A stretch of DNA of 63,889 nt, filler included, from Octopus bimaculoides (GCF_001194135.2; 9 parts of 7 records of this genome joined end to end with filler, not necessarily neighbours in it), one strand, 5' to 3'. Counted from the whole stretch's first letter, positions 14,573 to 27,470 are shown. The notes: a model not told the origin generated them from the sequence alone. Program-made: numbers and translations.

Positions 14573-16773
14573 GTATGCATGTATATACGTACACACACAT
14601 TTGAATGATTTCTGAAAACTTAGTTTTCAAAGAACTTCGAAGTATGTTATGTCGTACTTCAGCATGTTTCATCTTCAGATAATGATCACTTGAAATAACT
14701 GCTAGCTTTTCTGCAGTGTCTGTAGAATCAAATTCAAATGAAACGGACGTAAACTTTTTTTAATCGAAATACAACTTTCTGTAGTTAAATATCGAAATTC
14801 ATGTTAGATTCTTTTAACCGTTCTTTACTTCAGATACCCTTTTACGAAGGCAACTATATCATAAATGTTGCAAAAATACTTGCAAGAAACAATTATATCC
14901 GCATGAAGTACAGGCAGGCTCATGTTTAATCACATACACGTTTGAAATTTCTGTGGCAATAGGAATGATTCTATTTGGTTCGTACATAGTAGTATTCACG
15001 CAACAGTTCAAAGATCCAAATAGTTGACTACTATAATATAGCTTACCACATCAAAATTTACTTTAACGATAGAATGACAATTCTTGTTCTGACTGAAACA
15101 AGAATAAAAATGCTTTCAATTTGCTTTACAAGTTGTGAACACGAAAGCATACTTTTACCCCTTAACTACAGTGTACAAAATTAAGTGTTCACGTAAAATT
15201 GTAGTTGTACAAAGCTGTTTGAGGGGAAGAGTTTTAAGAGGTCTCGATTTCATAAAACTGCTATTAATACAACCTGATCTATTAAAGACTCCATATCCTT
15301 CACAATGTTTTCCACCAAAGGTTTTTGCGCACAGAAATCAGTAATTATATTGTGTATTCAGAATGAGTTACTTTCCCAATGAAGCAAAACGTAAAACCGT
15401 GCCTTGTGACTTTTCATAGAATAGCATATATAAACCTAACACAAGTTATCCTTATACATTTCCATGATACTTTTTGAATATCGGGTATATTGCTGCTTCT
15501 AGTATATTCTTCAACTCTTTGCAATATGAAGATAGGTTTCTTATTCTGGTTCTTTCTTTAAAGGAAACAAATAAGTTACGTTTTCCTGCTAATTTCGGTT
15601 GACTTATTAAATTATAAAGAAACAATTCGATCTGTCTACTTCCAAAGAAATATACGCTTCACTTTTACAAGACAGGGGAATTATTATTCTGCAGAATATA
15701 TTAACGAGCGTGACGTTTTAGCAATTTCTTTTACAACTTCATTACCAAATATTGTTCTAACAATCAAACGATATGCTGGTAAAAATTACCTACATATAGT
15801 ATCTACTTTCTTTTAGTTTGCTATGATTTTTGCTCTCAGAAGCAAGCTGAACTTTAGAGATTTTCACTATTTTCTTTTGATTCTATGTTTCATCTGTTTA
15901 TCTTTCTTTGGCATCCCAGACAGGTTATAGTATGGCCAGTTGTATGAAAAGTCGAAACTCACAGTCACATTAGTACACTTATGACTTTGAGTATATTTAA
16001 TGTCACTCGTGTTTATTTGTTCTATTTTGTTCTCCCGTGTTTATGCGTAGATGTTCAATCGTCTGTGATCGATTCTTCTCTTTCTCTCACTCCTTTCTTT
16101 CTGAAAGAAATCGGCTGTGTTCGGGTTTAGAAAAAGTTAGGCCCTGCTAGGTCAAGGACAAAGCAAGTCATATGTCATGACGGTGCACCTACTTCTATGT
16201 TCATATATATATCTTTAGCTGTATATGTGGTGTATTCAATATAACATGTTCTTTTGCATAATACATTATTTAATCAATATTTTAGACGTCGGTAAAATAT
16301 CAACTCTGCTGAAGCTAAGGAACTAAGTGAGTTGGAGAGGAAAGATAATATGATTGTTAGCTTCGTATTACTGATAAAATATTTGTGCACACGATTTCAG
16401 AGGAAAAGACAATTTGTTGTATGTGCAACAGTGGTAGGCTCTTTCTTTTTTTCTTTTTTTAGTTTGGTAAGTAAAAGATGCTTAGTTATAATCCTATCAG
16501 TAGGGACATTGTTATTCTCTTCTCTCAAATATTCAAATATTCTTAGTCCTGATGAACCAAAACCCATAGCAAAAGGCATTCCAACTATGACCATCAAATC
16601 TTTTCTTCTCTATTTTCTACATTTTCTTCTACATTTCCTATCGTATCTGCCTCTTCTGTCAATTGGTAGCTAGGATGTGAAATTAGGGAGATTTGGTTCC
16701 TATTTGTTGCTAGTTGAATTATCGTGTAGCAGTTTCCCCGTTAGCAAAGTTTTGCTTACAAACATATACATAC

Positions 16774-16940
16774 TTTCCAGGAAGTAATTCCTCCTATTCC
16801 TCCGCTTCCTTGGAACTTTCCAGGAGGTAACTCCTCCCCTTCCTCACCCTCCTCGGAATTTCCAGGAAGTAATCCCCCTCCTCGGAATTTTCCAGGAAAT
16901 AAGTCCTCCCCCTCATCCCCTTCCTTCGAAAAAATTCCGA
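16774..16940. repeat. Short minisatellite, 4 copies of a 30-43 bp unit starting TTTCCAGGA(A/G)GTAA
   Basis: Unit starts at about 16774, 16817, 16859 and 16889, with C-rich spacers. Confidence 0.85.
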
Positions 16941-17229
16941 CTAAACTTCAAAGATTGCGAAAGTCATTTCTTAAAATTAATACAGGGTAGGAAAAATTAT
17001 AGAAATTTTTTCTACCAGTGGCTTAGCATGGATACAAAGTCAATGGACATATTTTTCATATAAAATTAATGTACATTTAAACACAAAAAGAGGTCATCCA
17101 TTATAGGTCGCCTTACATGCTAGAAGAAACAGTCAAAATGTCCGAACCACATATATATATATACATATATTTGCGTATGTATATGTATGTAAGTACTAAT
17201 GCTGTATTTTCGTTGTCTTATGCAAAATT

Positions 17230-18146
17230 TCTTATTTTTGCCTTATTTGAAGAGCTTCGTAGCTACTTCTTTCTCAAATTTTATGTGAGAAACTGAATTC
17301 AGGGTGGAAGGGGAAGTCTTGAAGATTACCAAAAGGTCTGAACGTCTTGCAACTGCCACCATGTGAGAGAGTTGAAAATATTCTGCACAATTAAGTTGAT
17401 ATGACGAAGGTTTCTGTTCAGTGGTTTCCACGTCTTCTGAGACCTGATCAAAAGCACACAAGGCTGATCACATCACGGGAAAAGCTGACAGCTGGTTTCT
17501 TTGAACGTTTCCTAAACCAGGAAGAGTGTTGGCTTCAGCATTTTGAGTCAGAGACAAAGTGGAAATCCATGTCGCAGAAGCGCCCGACCTCACCTACTCC
17601 AAATAAGGCCAAAGTCGTTTCATCTGCGGGTAAGTTGGTGGCTCAGTATTTGTGATGCAGGAGGCATTGTGCTTATGGACTCTCTTTAAAAGGACCACAC
17701 CATCACTGGAGAGTACTATGCCAACCTGTTGAGGCAGTTTCGAAAGGCTATCAAGATCAAACGCTCAGGAAAACTGACGAAAGGGGCCTTCTTTCATCAG
17801 GTTAATGCTCCAGCACACAAGTCCTTGGTTTCAGTGGCTGGTATGCGTGACTGTGGCTTTGATCTGGTTGACTACCCTCCTTATTTTCTCCTGATATGAC
17901 CACATATGATTTTCAGTTGTTCCCCAACATGAAAAAAAATCCCACTTGGCTGGGAACCAGTATCACATATATGTTGTTGATGATTTTTTTAGCAACAGGA
18001 TGAAAGCTTCTTTACCAATGGTATCCAAGCGCTTCAACATCAATGGAAGAAGTGCGTGGACCGCAATGAAGACTATATAAATCTCATTTGACCACATTAC
18101 ATGGGGGTATCTTGGTCAGCCTAATAACTTTGCAGCCGACCTTCGT
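17230..18146 (+). mobile_element. Mariner (D,D34D-type) transposon relic, 5'-truncated, with 3' TIR
   Basis: Translations MTKVSVQWFPRLLRPDQK (WVPxxL-like), KAKVVSSAGK, ITGEYYANLLRQFRKAIKIKRSGKLTKGAFFHQVNAPAHKS and SPDMTTYDFQLFPNMK (YSPDLAPxD-like). Ends in ...TAACTTTGCAGCCGACCTTCG. Frameshifts and stops present. Confidence 0.92.
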
Positions 18147-18288
18147 GTGCCTGTATGCATGTGTATATAAGTAAGCATACGGACACGGACACACACAAAC
18201 ACACACACACATACACACACATGTATGCTTATATTTATATATCTGTGTATGTTTGTGTGTGTGTGTGTGTGTGTGCATATACATATAT

Positions 18289-18336
<48 letters not shown>

Positions 18337-18399
18337 TCATACGCACACACAAACACACACACATATGTAGATATACATATATGTGTGTGTATACCTATA

Positions 18400-18810
18400 T
18401 AGTGAGAATTTACAAAAACAAGAAAAGACGAAGACGGGTGTGTAAGCAGGAAACGGATGTATTAGTTTAACGCTCGGGAAGTGAGAAAGTTTTTAAGTTT
18501 CGAGCCTACGCTCTTCGACAAAAAGGAACACAGAAATAAACGGGGAGAGAAAATAGAAAAAGGTCTAGTGGCTAGCGATCTATCATGGCGAATGCCAAGC
18601 AGAGGGGACACACAGGAGAGCTATGAAGAAGGGGAGATAATAAATTAGTGGTGATCTCAAAACGAAGGTGCGCGTGCGTGTGTAGGTGAGATCGTGTATG
18701 TGCGTGTGGAAGGGATCTGGTGACATTGACGTGTGCATATGTAGGAGTGTGGATGATAGTGTAGGTGCTGGGAAGTGGTCAGTGCTAGTGTGTGCGGGGT
18801 GGTGGGTGGT
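18400..18810 (-). mobile_element. Penelope-like element terminal fragment
   Basis: Minus strand GAAGAGCGTAGGCTCGAAACTT...CCCGAGCGTTAAACTAATACATCC, homologous to 34740-34890. The GAAGA...CGAAAC motif is typical of Penelope pLTR ends. Class assignment is by motif recall only. Confidence 0.55.
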
Positions 18811-19371
18811 GCAACTGAAACCCGAGTGTCTTTTTGGTTACCTGAAAATAGATTTGGCACAAACTTGGCAGACACGCATCTCATACCCAAATCTTCAGTG
18901 ATAATGAACTGAACTGAACCCTAACTAATCTGCACGTCTGATAACTCACAGACGGTGATTCGACGATTTCCCCTCACAGCTGCACGCACATCTGCAATGT
19001 TTTTCTCAGTTGTGCTGGTTGCGGGTCTCCCTGAACGTTTGTTTATATCGACATTTTTTCGGCCATCTTGGAAACGTTTGAAACACTTGTTTTCGACTTA
19101 TACTCTTTTCTATACACTTTCTGCAATTTTATGAAGACCTCTGAGCAAGTATCGCCATGACAACTTTCTCTGCCATGGTCAATGCGACGATCACATGCTA
19201 CGCACCTTCCTACCAAGCACTGCTGTAAACGGCGGAAGTGAGCTAGAACGTTAATATATAGTGCGCATGCACAGCAGAGCTCAAGATGAATCTTACCAAA
19301 CGGCTTCACTCTGCGTGCTTTAGCTTTATTACGATAGCAACAGACTGAATACTTATTCATCAGACCTCGTG
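18808..19371 (-). mobile_element. Mariner relic, 5' TIR plus N-terminal transposase (different subfamily from 17230-18146)
   Basis: Minus strand TA-CACGAGGTCTGATGAATAAGTATTC TIR, and translation MGMRCVSAKFVPNLFSGNQKDTRVSVA (LGMRRVSAKFVPRLL-like). Truncated against the Penelope-like segment. Confidence 0.85.
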
Positions 19372-19373
19372 TA

Positions 19374-19416
<43 letters not shown>

Positions 19417-19821
19417 NNNNNNNNNNNNNNNNNNNNNNNNNNNNNNNNNNNNNNNNNNNNNNNNNNNNNNNNNNNNNNNNNNNNNNNNNNNNNNNNNNNN
19501 NNNNNNNNNNNTATATATATCACACTTGGATAACTTGGATCGGCTAGGCTGTCTGGTGCTGAGTCGGTTCTGCTGGCCGCAGCGTTCGGTTTATTGCCCT
19601 CGTGCTCTCCTCTTCGTTGTTCCAAATATTTTTCTTAAATCATCTTCCTACCTGATCGTGGGTCTTTCGTGTGGTCTCTTCCGCTCGCGCAGGTACCACT
19701 CGACAGCTGCACGTTCCAACGATTACCTGTGAAACTTGCAACATGACCGGCCTATCGTAGCATTGCGTGGGTTTAGTAGATGGCAACTAAAAGAAACCCG
19801 CCGTATTTATATATAAACGCG

Positions 19822-19895
<74 letters not shown>

Positions 19896-20850
19896 ACTTT
19901 TTTCAGTTCCCATCTACCATATCCACTCACAAGTCTTTGGTCGGCCCTTGGCTATAGCAGAAGACAGTTACCTTAGGTGCCACGCAGTGAGACTGAACCC
20001 AAGACCGTGTGGTTAGGAAGCAAACTTCTTACCATACTGCCATTCTTGCGCCTAATATATATATATATATATATATGTTTACACAGAGACGCATTCATAA
20101 TGTCTATACTGGTTAAACGTGCACGCGTTTAAACCATTGATGCAAAACAAAAACGAAACAAAAAAAAAAAGATTCTACAATGAATTTACGCTACATTTGT
20201 ATTTATTTCTTTTACTGTCTACATGTTTCACACGAACACTCGAGTTGTCATCTTCAGTATCTCCAGCATCACCGGCAGCATTGCTGGCATTTCAGTAATT
20301 ATCAAAAGCCATTCTCTCTACCAGCACTAACATCACCACAGCCAACGACAAACATCAACCAGCATTATAAGTGTCACACGCTGAAAAATCTTCGAGAAAC
20401 CAAACGAAAACAACTACATTGATCTTAGAAACCAGCGGAAAATTTACGAAGCTTTTATCAGGTCAATTACTCCTGCTGTTTCGTTCAAACTGCCAAAAGA
20501 ACTCATCAAGCGTTTCTTTAGATTTGTTGTTACTGTTGCTAACTATTCATGTTATTGTTATTGCTGTTGCTGTTAGCTGTCGTTGTCTTCGTCACCGTCG
20601 ACGTCGTCTTTGTTGATTGTTGTTGTTGTTGTTGGTGTTGTTGTTCTCTTCATAAATATTGTTATTCTTTCTGTTACAGTTTTTTTTTAGTTATGCACCC
20701 TTTTTATTGATGTAGTTTTTATTGTTGTTTATATATTTTTTCGTCATATANNNNNNNNNNNNNNNNNNNNNNNNNNNNNNNNNNNNNNNNNNNNTTAATT
20801 AATTAANNNNNNNNNNNNNNNNNNNNNNNNNNNNNNNNNNNNNNNNNNNN

Positions 20851-21073
20851 TTAGTATTGATCTAACTCGTCTATAGTACTCTTTCTTTATTTTTTCTTTC
20901 ATTTGTGTATGTTGTATCCTATCTAGTTCATTGACTCCTAAATACTTATATGGTTGGCTTTCGTCTAGTTCTCTTATTTCATTGGCTTTATCTAGTGTTA
21001 TATTGCTACTTTTAACTAATTTTCCTCTTTTCAGGGTTGCTTTGGCACATTTTTCTAATCCGAATTTCATTTC

Positions 21074-21075
<2 letters not shown>
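20851..21075 (-). mobile_element. R4/Dong-like LINE RT C-terminal (thumb) fragment
   Basis: MKFGLEKCAKATLKRGKLVKSSNITLDKANEIRELDESQPYKYLGVNELDRIQHTQMKEKIKKEYYRRVRSIL, uninterrupted. Its 5' end abuts a (TAA)n tract and its 3' end runs into a gap. Confidence 0.88.
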
Positions 21076-21116
<41 letters not shown>

Positions 21117-21117
<1 letters not shown>

Positions 21118-21720
21118 GGCGGCGAGTGGCAGAGTCTTTAGTAAGCCAGGCGAAATGCTTAGTAGTAATTCGTCTGTCGTTACATTCTGAGTTCAAATTC
21201 CGCTCAGGTCGACTTTACCTTTCATCCTTTAGGGATCGATAAAATAAATACCAGTTGAATACCGGGGTCGATGTAATCGACTCATCCCCACCTCCCCCAA
21301 AGTTGCTCCCTTTGTGACAAAATTTGAAATCATTATTATTATTATTATTATTAGGTGGCGAGATGGCAGAATCGTAGTAGTTACATTCCGAGTTCAAATT
21401 CCGCCGAGATCGATATTACATTTCATCCTCCCGGTGTCAATAAAATAAAGTACCAGTCAAGTACCGGGGGACGACTAAATCGATAGCCCCACATACATAC
21501 AAACAACTTCAGACCTTGTGATAATCATTATTACAGCGAATAATATCATTGACGCCAATCTCATTTGCTAAGTCAATCCAACCGGGGTAGACTTCGCCTT
21601 TCATCCTTCCATGGTCGAAAAAAATTGTACCGGTCAAGTATTTCGGTCTATTGAATCACTATGCTTCGTCTAAATTCGTAGTCTTGTGCTTTGCTTACAT
21701 TCGCAATCATTATTATTAGG
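21117..21720 (+). mobile_element. Head-to-tail array of 3-4 Nin/Deu-like SINE copies joined by (ATT)n
   Basis: Heads AGGCGGCGAGTGGCAGA (~21117) and AGGTGGCGAGATGGCAGAA (~21352), each following an (ATT)n run, plus a partial copy at ~21585-21715. Confidence 0.85.
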
Positions 21721-22901
21721 CTTCATAATATAATGGGAAACCGATCTCGTTTGTTCCGAACACGTTTTTCTCTTCTCATGCGAACAGTTTGTGGAAACTG
21801 CTGACAACAAACGGGAACTATTCCCTCACAAATCTGTGGCTCTTTAGAACAGTTACAACACATCTTAGACATTCAGGCGCTATTCATTTCCTGTCTAGAA
21901 ACCAGCTTATGCATTGTGTCTTATCACAAACTACACTGAAATAAAAACCAATCATTTACTTTTTACACCAAGATGACTCGTGAATCTATTAAATGTAATA
22001 AATAAATAAATTAAGCTCTTTTTTTTGCCATAGCTACCGGTTGATTCACAAAGAGATTACAACGAAATAATTTCAAACAGAAATAGAAGAGAATAAAAAT
22101 ACTGTGTCAATATTGATTTCCTTTTTTCGGGTAGCAGTATGATCGATTGCATCGATTTGGATTATTACTGGGTCGATGCAAAGTATTAAGATGAAAGATG
22201 ATATCCAAGCCTTGCTGGATTCACTCTCGGAACAGTAAATTCAGAACGAGTTAGGTTGAAATTATCAAGTTCTACACGAGGGTTTTTGTCACTTTTTTTT
22301 CTTTTTACCATCTACAAAATCTCAATATGTATCACCGTTATTGCTGTTGATGTATTTTTTTTAGTTCCAAGACAGTCCTAATCGTGCTATGATCAAGTGT
22401 GTTCTAGTCAAAGCTATTACATTTTTTTTTTCAGACGCTATTTGGAACTGTATTCAATGTCTTTCCATTTTTATGATAGGTGTAATCTAAAAGAGATTTA
22501 GCTGCTATTTCTAAGCAGTTTTAGGTCTCTTTTTGCAACGAGAGATGATGACTGTCATATCCAGGCAACTCGAGAACAGAATATAGCTAGAAGAACTGAT
22601 GATGATGGGGGAAAACTTTATTAATGTCGTTGATGGTCAACTTGAAACTGCAGCCAAGTAGACCTGACACGACTGGCCGTTGGAACAGCTAAAAACAAAA
22701 ACAAAAAAACAAAAAAAAAAACCTGTTTATTCTCATTTGCAGCCAGCCTCTTTCCTCTTTCTGTTAATGTGTGCGCATTATATATTCCGGGTTCAGTCCC
22801 ACTGCGTGACACCTTCGGCTAGTGTTTTCTACCATAGCCTCGGGCCGACCAAAGACTTGAGAGTGAATTTGGTAGACGGAAACTGAAAGAAGCCTGTCAT
22901 G

Positions 22902-22958
<57 letters not shown>

Positions 22959-23179
22959 TTGTCCCCCCACCATCGCTTGACAGCCGATGCTGGTGTTTTT
23001 ATGTCCCCGAACCGTTAAGTTACGGGGACATAAACACACAAGCGTCGGTTGTGAAGCGATGTTGGGGGCGGGANNNNNNNNNNNNNNNNNNNNNNNNNNN
23101 NNNNNNNNNNNNNNNNNNNNNNNNNNNNNNNNNNNNNNNNNNNNNNNNNNNNNNNNNNNNNNNNNNNNNNNNNNNNNNN

Positions 23180-23213
<34 letters not shown>

Positions 23214-23488
23214 GACAGGACTCTTTCAGTTTCCGTCAACCAAATCCACTCACAAGGCTTTGATGCCACGCAGTGGGACTGAACCCGGAACCATGTGGTT
23301 AGTAAGCCAGTTATTTATTACACAGCCACTCCAGCTTTGTCTATTCATTTATGTATATCTGCATTCATGTATCTGTATATGTAAGTATATTCGTATATAT
23401 GCATGCATGTATGTATGAATGTATATATGTATGCAGGCAAGGAATAGTCAAAGGGATATCGAAAAAGCACGTTTTCGTGTGTCTTCAG

Positions 23489-23543
23489 CAACTATAAACA
23501 TGAGATCGAATCACAGCATTCATTTGGAGGACAGACAGCTAAG
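23489..23543 (+). CDS. Possible internal exon of an unidentified gene (NYKHEIESQHSFGGQTAK)
   Basis: Acceptor ttttcgtgtgtcttcag, donor AAG|gtagat, open frame in non-repetitive sequence. No recognisable homology. Confidence 0.15.
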
Positions 23544-24336
23544 GTAGATACACGACAAGAAGAGGAATTCGGAAATTTGAACTCCCCTGTCCTTCGGCCA
23601 ATCAGCAAGAGGCAGCTGTTTGAAAACTACTTTTGTACAGCGAGTGCATTGCCCTTGGCTTGCATTCCAATGTTCGGCAGAAACGATTTATGCACAATCA
23701 GGCAAGACATCAACGAAAAATAGAAAGAAAAAGAAAAAAAGAAAAAGAATAGAAAAATAATAGTAGTTGTAGTAATGGTTGTGGTGGTGGTGGTGGTGGT
23801 GGTGGTGATGGTGGTGTTAGGTACGTGGCTAGCTTCGTAATGAATATGAAGTGACAGCAATGTGTTAGCAACAATAAAAAAAGATAGTAAAAATTAAAAA
23901 AAAAAAGCTGATTAAATTCTGAAGATGTACCACCCTAGTTTCGTTATATTATTGATAACAAACCTTACGCAAGCACGTACACACACACACACATATATAT
24001 ATGCATGCACACATACATGCTAAAATCTATGTATATATATACTAATGCAGTGCACGTACACTCACTCGCACACATACACTCACTCGCACACATACACACA
24101 CACCAATTACAAATGTACTGAATGATGTACGTAAAAATACTAAAAAAATAAAGAGAAATAAATAAAAAAAAAACATTAATGAGTCGAAATGTTCCTCTTA
24201 GATCGAGAAACCCTTGCAGCGATTGTTAAGCATTTCACACAAACCAAAAAGATAAAAAAAAAAATTAACAAAATAAAAGGGGAGATAATTTCAACAACTT
24301 AATATTTCATTCACGTAACTATAATTCCCAATTTAA

Positions 24337-24597
24337 CCCTTAAATGGCTGACAGCGTCAATTGATGTTTGAAGCATTTTATACGGACAGGACCATCATCA
24401 AAAGAAAGTGAATATTTTACGTCTCTCTTCGATAATGAGATTGTAAATTTTATTATGCGAGAGACTAACAATTATTATTATTTTTGTACGTATTTAAAGT
24501 GAAAATTAAGTACAAAAATTCCTCTTGGGAAATATTTTGCGTGTTTTGCCCGTTGAGCACAAACATCCATAACAACCCTTTTCCAGCCGTTTAAGGG
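24337..24597. mobile_element. piggyBac-type MITE
   Basis: TTAA TSDs at 24333-24336 and 24598-24601. TIRs CCCTTAAATGGCTG / CAGCCGTTTAAGGG (13/14 match). Confidence 0.88.
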
Positions 24598-25329
24598 TTA
24601 AGGGGAGAAATCTGATACAGTTTTGTAAGGAGAGTGACAGCAAGGAGTAAGTATAATAATCGATAGAGATCTTTATCTGGATGCGGATGCTGTGTTTGTA
24701 AAAAAATAAAAAAAGGAGGGATGGTTATGACTGGAACGCCGACTATCATAGGCTTCCTCGATCAGGGCTCGCCTGGGGTTAAACAATAACAGCAACAGCA
24801 TTAACGACCTGTTCTCGTTTATCTTTCATTCGTTCCCGTCATACTGGAGCACCGCTTAAAGGGCTTTAGTCGAATAAATCGAATCCAGCACTTATTATTA
24901 CTTTTTTTTAAAAGTATGATACTTATCATAACGGTCCCGTCTTTTGCTGTAGCATTAAGTTTCAGGGACGTAAACAAACCAACACCAGTCGTCAAGTGGT
25001 GGGTGAAATACAATCAGAAAAAAAAATACACACATGCTTATATAGCATAATTCGGGTGAAAACCTCGTAACGTGCGTATAAAAGGTCTTATGTCGTTATT
25101 TGGATATCACACGATATCCTACAGTAGGATATGTTTCTGGGCTGGATACAGACGCGGAATTAGGAAACAAGAAGCTATTATCGATATAGTTATTTATATA
25201 TCTATATATATATATATATACATATATATNNNNNNNNNNNNNNNNNNNNNNNNNNNNNNNNNNNNNNNNNNNNTTAATTAATTAANNNNNNNNNNNNNNN
25301 NNNNNNNNNNNNNNNNNNNNNNNNNNNNN

Positions 25330-26033
25330 GCAACCATCGTGTTTGGCGTTGAGGTGTTGGTCGAGAGCCATCCTCGCAGCCAACACGTTGGTTGCGCTGC
25401 CAGTTGTAAGTGCCTCTTCTAGTTTCTTAACTAAGTCTCCCTCTACTCTATTTCGATCTATCGCTAGTTCTTTACTAAACCTAATAGATACTGATTTAAT
25501 TGCCATTTTCAGGGTAAACCACCAGTGGTTGTTAACGATGGCTCCTGTTAACGCCCTCTTAATTAATTCGCTAATCCGGTTCCTGTAAACCTGCCGCGCT
25601 AAGAGCGAGGCGTTCAGTTTCCAGTAACCGGGACCCTACCTATGTGTCTTATCTAAGTCGAGCGTACACGTCACAAATTTGTGATCTGTGTAGCTGACTA
25701 TTTTAAATTGTGGACATCCTACACTATCTCTATCCGCTGTCCTACATAGAACTCTATCTAGATACGATCTCGACGATCCGACGCGGTTTGTCCAAGTCCA
25801 CGTTGGCACGTTCGGATGGTCGAGTCGGAACCTATTAGACCAATGGAAACGTCTGAGGAGGTTTTTGAGGCACATACATCCCCTTCTACTCCTATCCATT
25901 CCCACATAGTCTATATGCGTGTCCAAGGTAGCGTTCCAGTCCCCTTACTAACAGTAAAGGTCGTGACGTTCCCAGGAAAACTTCTAGACGTCTAAAGAAA
26001 TCCGCCCGACCTGTTAAGGACGGTGCATACACT
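25330..26033 (-). mobile_element. Tx1/L1-clade LINE ORF2 fragment (APE endonuclease and linker)
   Basis: VYAPSLTGRADFFRRLEVFL..., ...PTWTWTNRVGSSRSYLDRVL...SYTDHKFV...GPGYWKLNASLL...WWFTLKMAIK. Few disruptions. Isolated contig between gaps. Confidence 0.9.
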
Positions 26034-26668
26034 NNNNNNNNNNNNNNNNNNNNNNNNNNNNNNNNNNNNNNNNNNNNNNNNNNNNNNNNNNNNNNNNNNN
26101 NNNNNNNNNNNNNNNNNNNNNNNNNNNNNNNNNAACCTCCCACATTGATAAAAGGTGCGGCAGAAAAACCTCCCACATTGATGAGATGTGAGGCGGATGG
26201 ACGGATGGACAGGCAGAGAGAACCCAATAAGCGTCAAAACTCAGTTAAGGCTACTCGTAATTTTTTGCAGTTTACGGAGAAATAAGTAAATTTGACTTGT
26301 ATTTTTTGTGTCTATTACGTTGATTTACATATACTATATCATACCTTGATACTGTACTGACTGGCTTTCCTGTCGACTGGCCTATGATGTTTAATAAAGT
26401 GTTAAATACTTATAGTATACAAATGAGTATAATACGCTCCATTTTGTTTTTTTCATAACTACTTAGATTTGGTGGGTATATAAACGGATTACCTACTTGC
26501 TTCACTGAGACTTGGTCAAGTGATGTGGACACTAACGAATCCCTAAAAAAGGGTTGAAAATTGATGAAAGCTATTTAACATTGTTTTTTGGCTTGTTTGT
26601 TCAATCTACAGAGAACTAGGCAAATCATGTTTGTAGGTCTGCTATGTAGGTTTAGGTGCTATGTAGAG

Positions 26669-26903
26669 CGGTGGTTCTTAACCTTTTTCATCGCCTTACA
26701 CCCTGAGACTCTCCAGGGTATTACCGTGACTCCTATAATAAATTTTATAATGATGAACTTTGCGTAAAGGTAAGATAAAACAAATGCAATACCTCAAAAC
26801 CATGAAATAAATTACTTGCTCCCAGACCCTCCGTAACCCCCATGAGAAACCACAGATGCCACCCCACCCCCAGGGGTCACGAACCGAAGGTGAAGAACCG
26901 CTG
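26669..26903. mobile_element. hAT (Charlie/Buster-like) MITE
   Basis: Ends CGGTGGTTCTTAACCTT / AAGGTGAAGAACCGCTG. 8-bp TSD ATGTAGAG / ATATAGAG (7/8). Confidence 0.85.
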
Positions 26904-27439
26904 ATATAGAGAGAAGGTAATAAATAAATAGATATATGATGGACCCGATTAGATCAAGAATCCGAAATTCTACTTTCTGCCACGTTTGTGTATGCCTATA
27001 ATACATTACCTGCAAACTGGACACATTTGTTTTACGCACCTCACTACAAAGACATGTCAAGTTTTATATAATTGAACTAAACTGGCACTTCATCGGTTAC
27101 GACGACGAGGGATCCAGTTGATCCGATCAACGGAACAACCTCCTCGTGAAATTAACCTGCATATGGCTGAGCACTCCGCAGATACGTGTACCCTTAACGT
27201 AGTTCTCAAGGAGATTCAGAATGTGACAAGGTTGACCCTTTGAAATACAGGTACTACTCATTTTTGCCAGCTGAGTGGACTGAAGCAACGTGAAATAAAG
27301 TGTCTTGCTCAAGGAGACAATGCGGCGTCGGAAAATATACAATTGAATTCGTGGAGCAAATAGGGAAGGAGAGAATTGCAACTGTTGTGTCCGGACGTTT
27401 CCTCGCACACATACATACATACATACATACATACATACA

Positions 27440-27470
<31 letters not shown>

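Noticed and set aside
16332-16673. 113-aa plus ORF and overlapping minus ORF (MMVIVGMPF...) as APE or membrane protein
   Set aside because: It runs through a poly-T/poly-A tract. The resemblance to APE motifs is too weak, with no GDFN or SDH motif.
17230-19371. The two mariner pieces as one composite or inverted element
   Set aside because: They have different TIR sequences, are in opposite orientations, and overlap in N-terminal content, so they are independent relics.
20383-20530. Frame KIFEKPNENNYIDLRNQRKIYEAFIRSITPAVSFKLPKELIKRFF
   Set aside because: No start codon or acceptor, and it runs into a (GTT)n tract.
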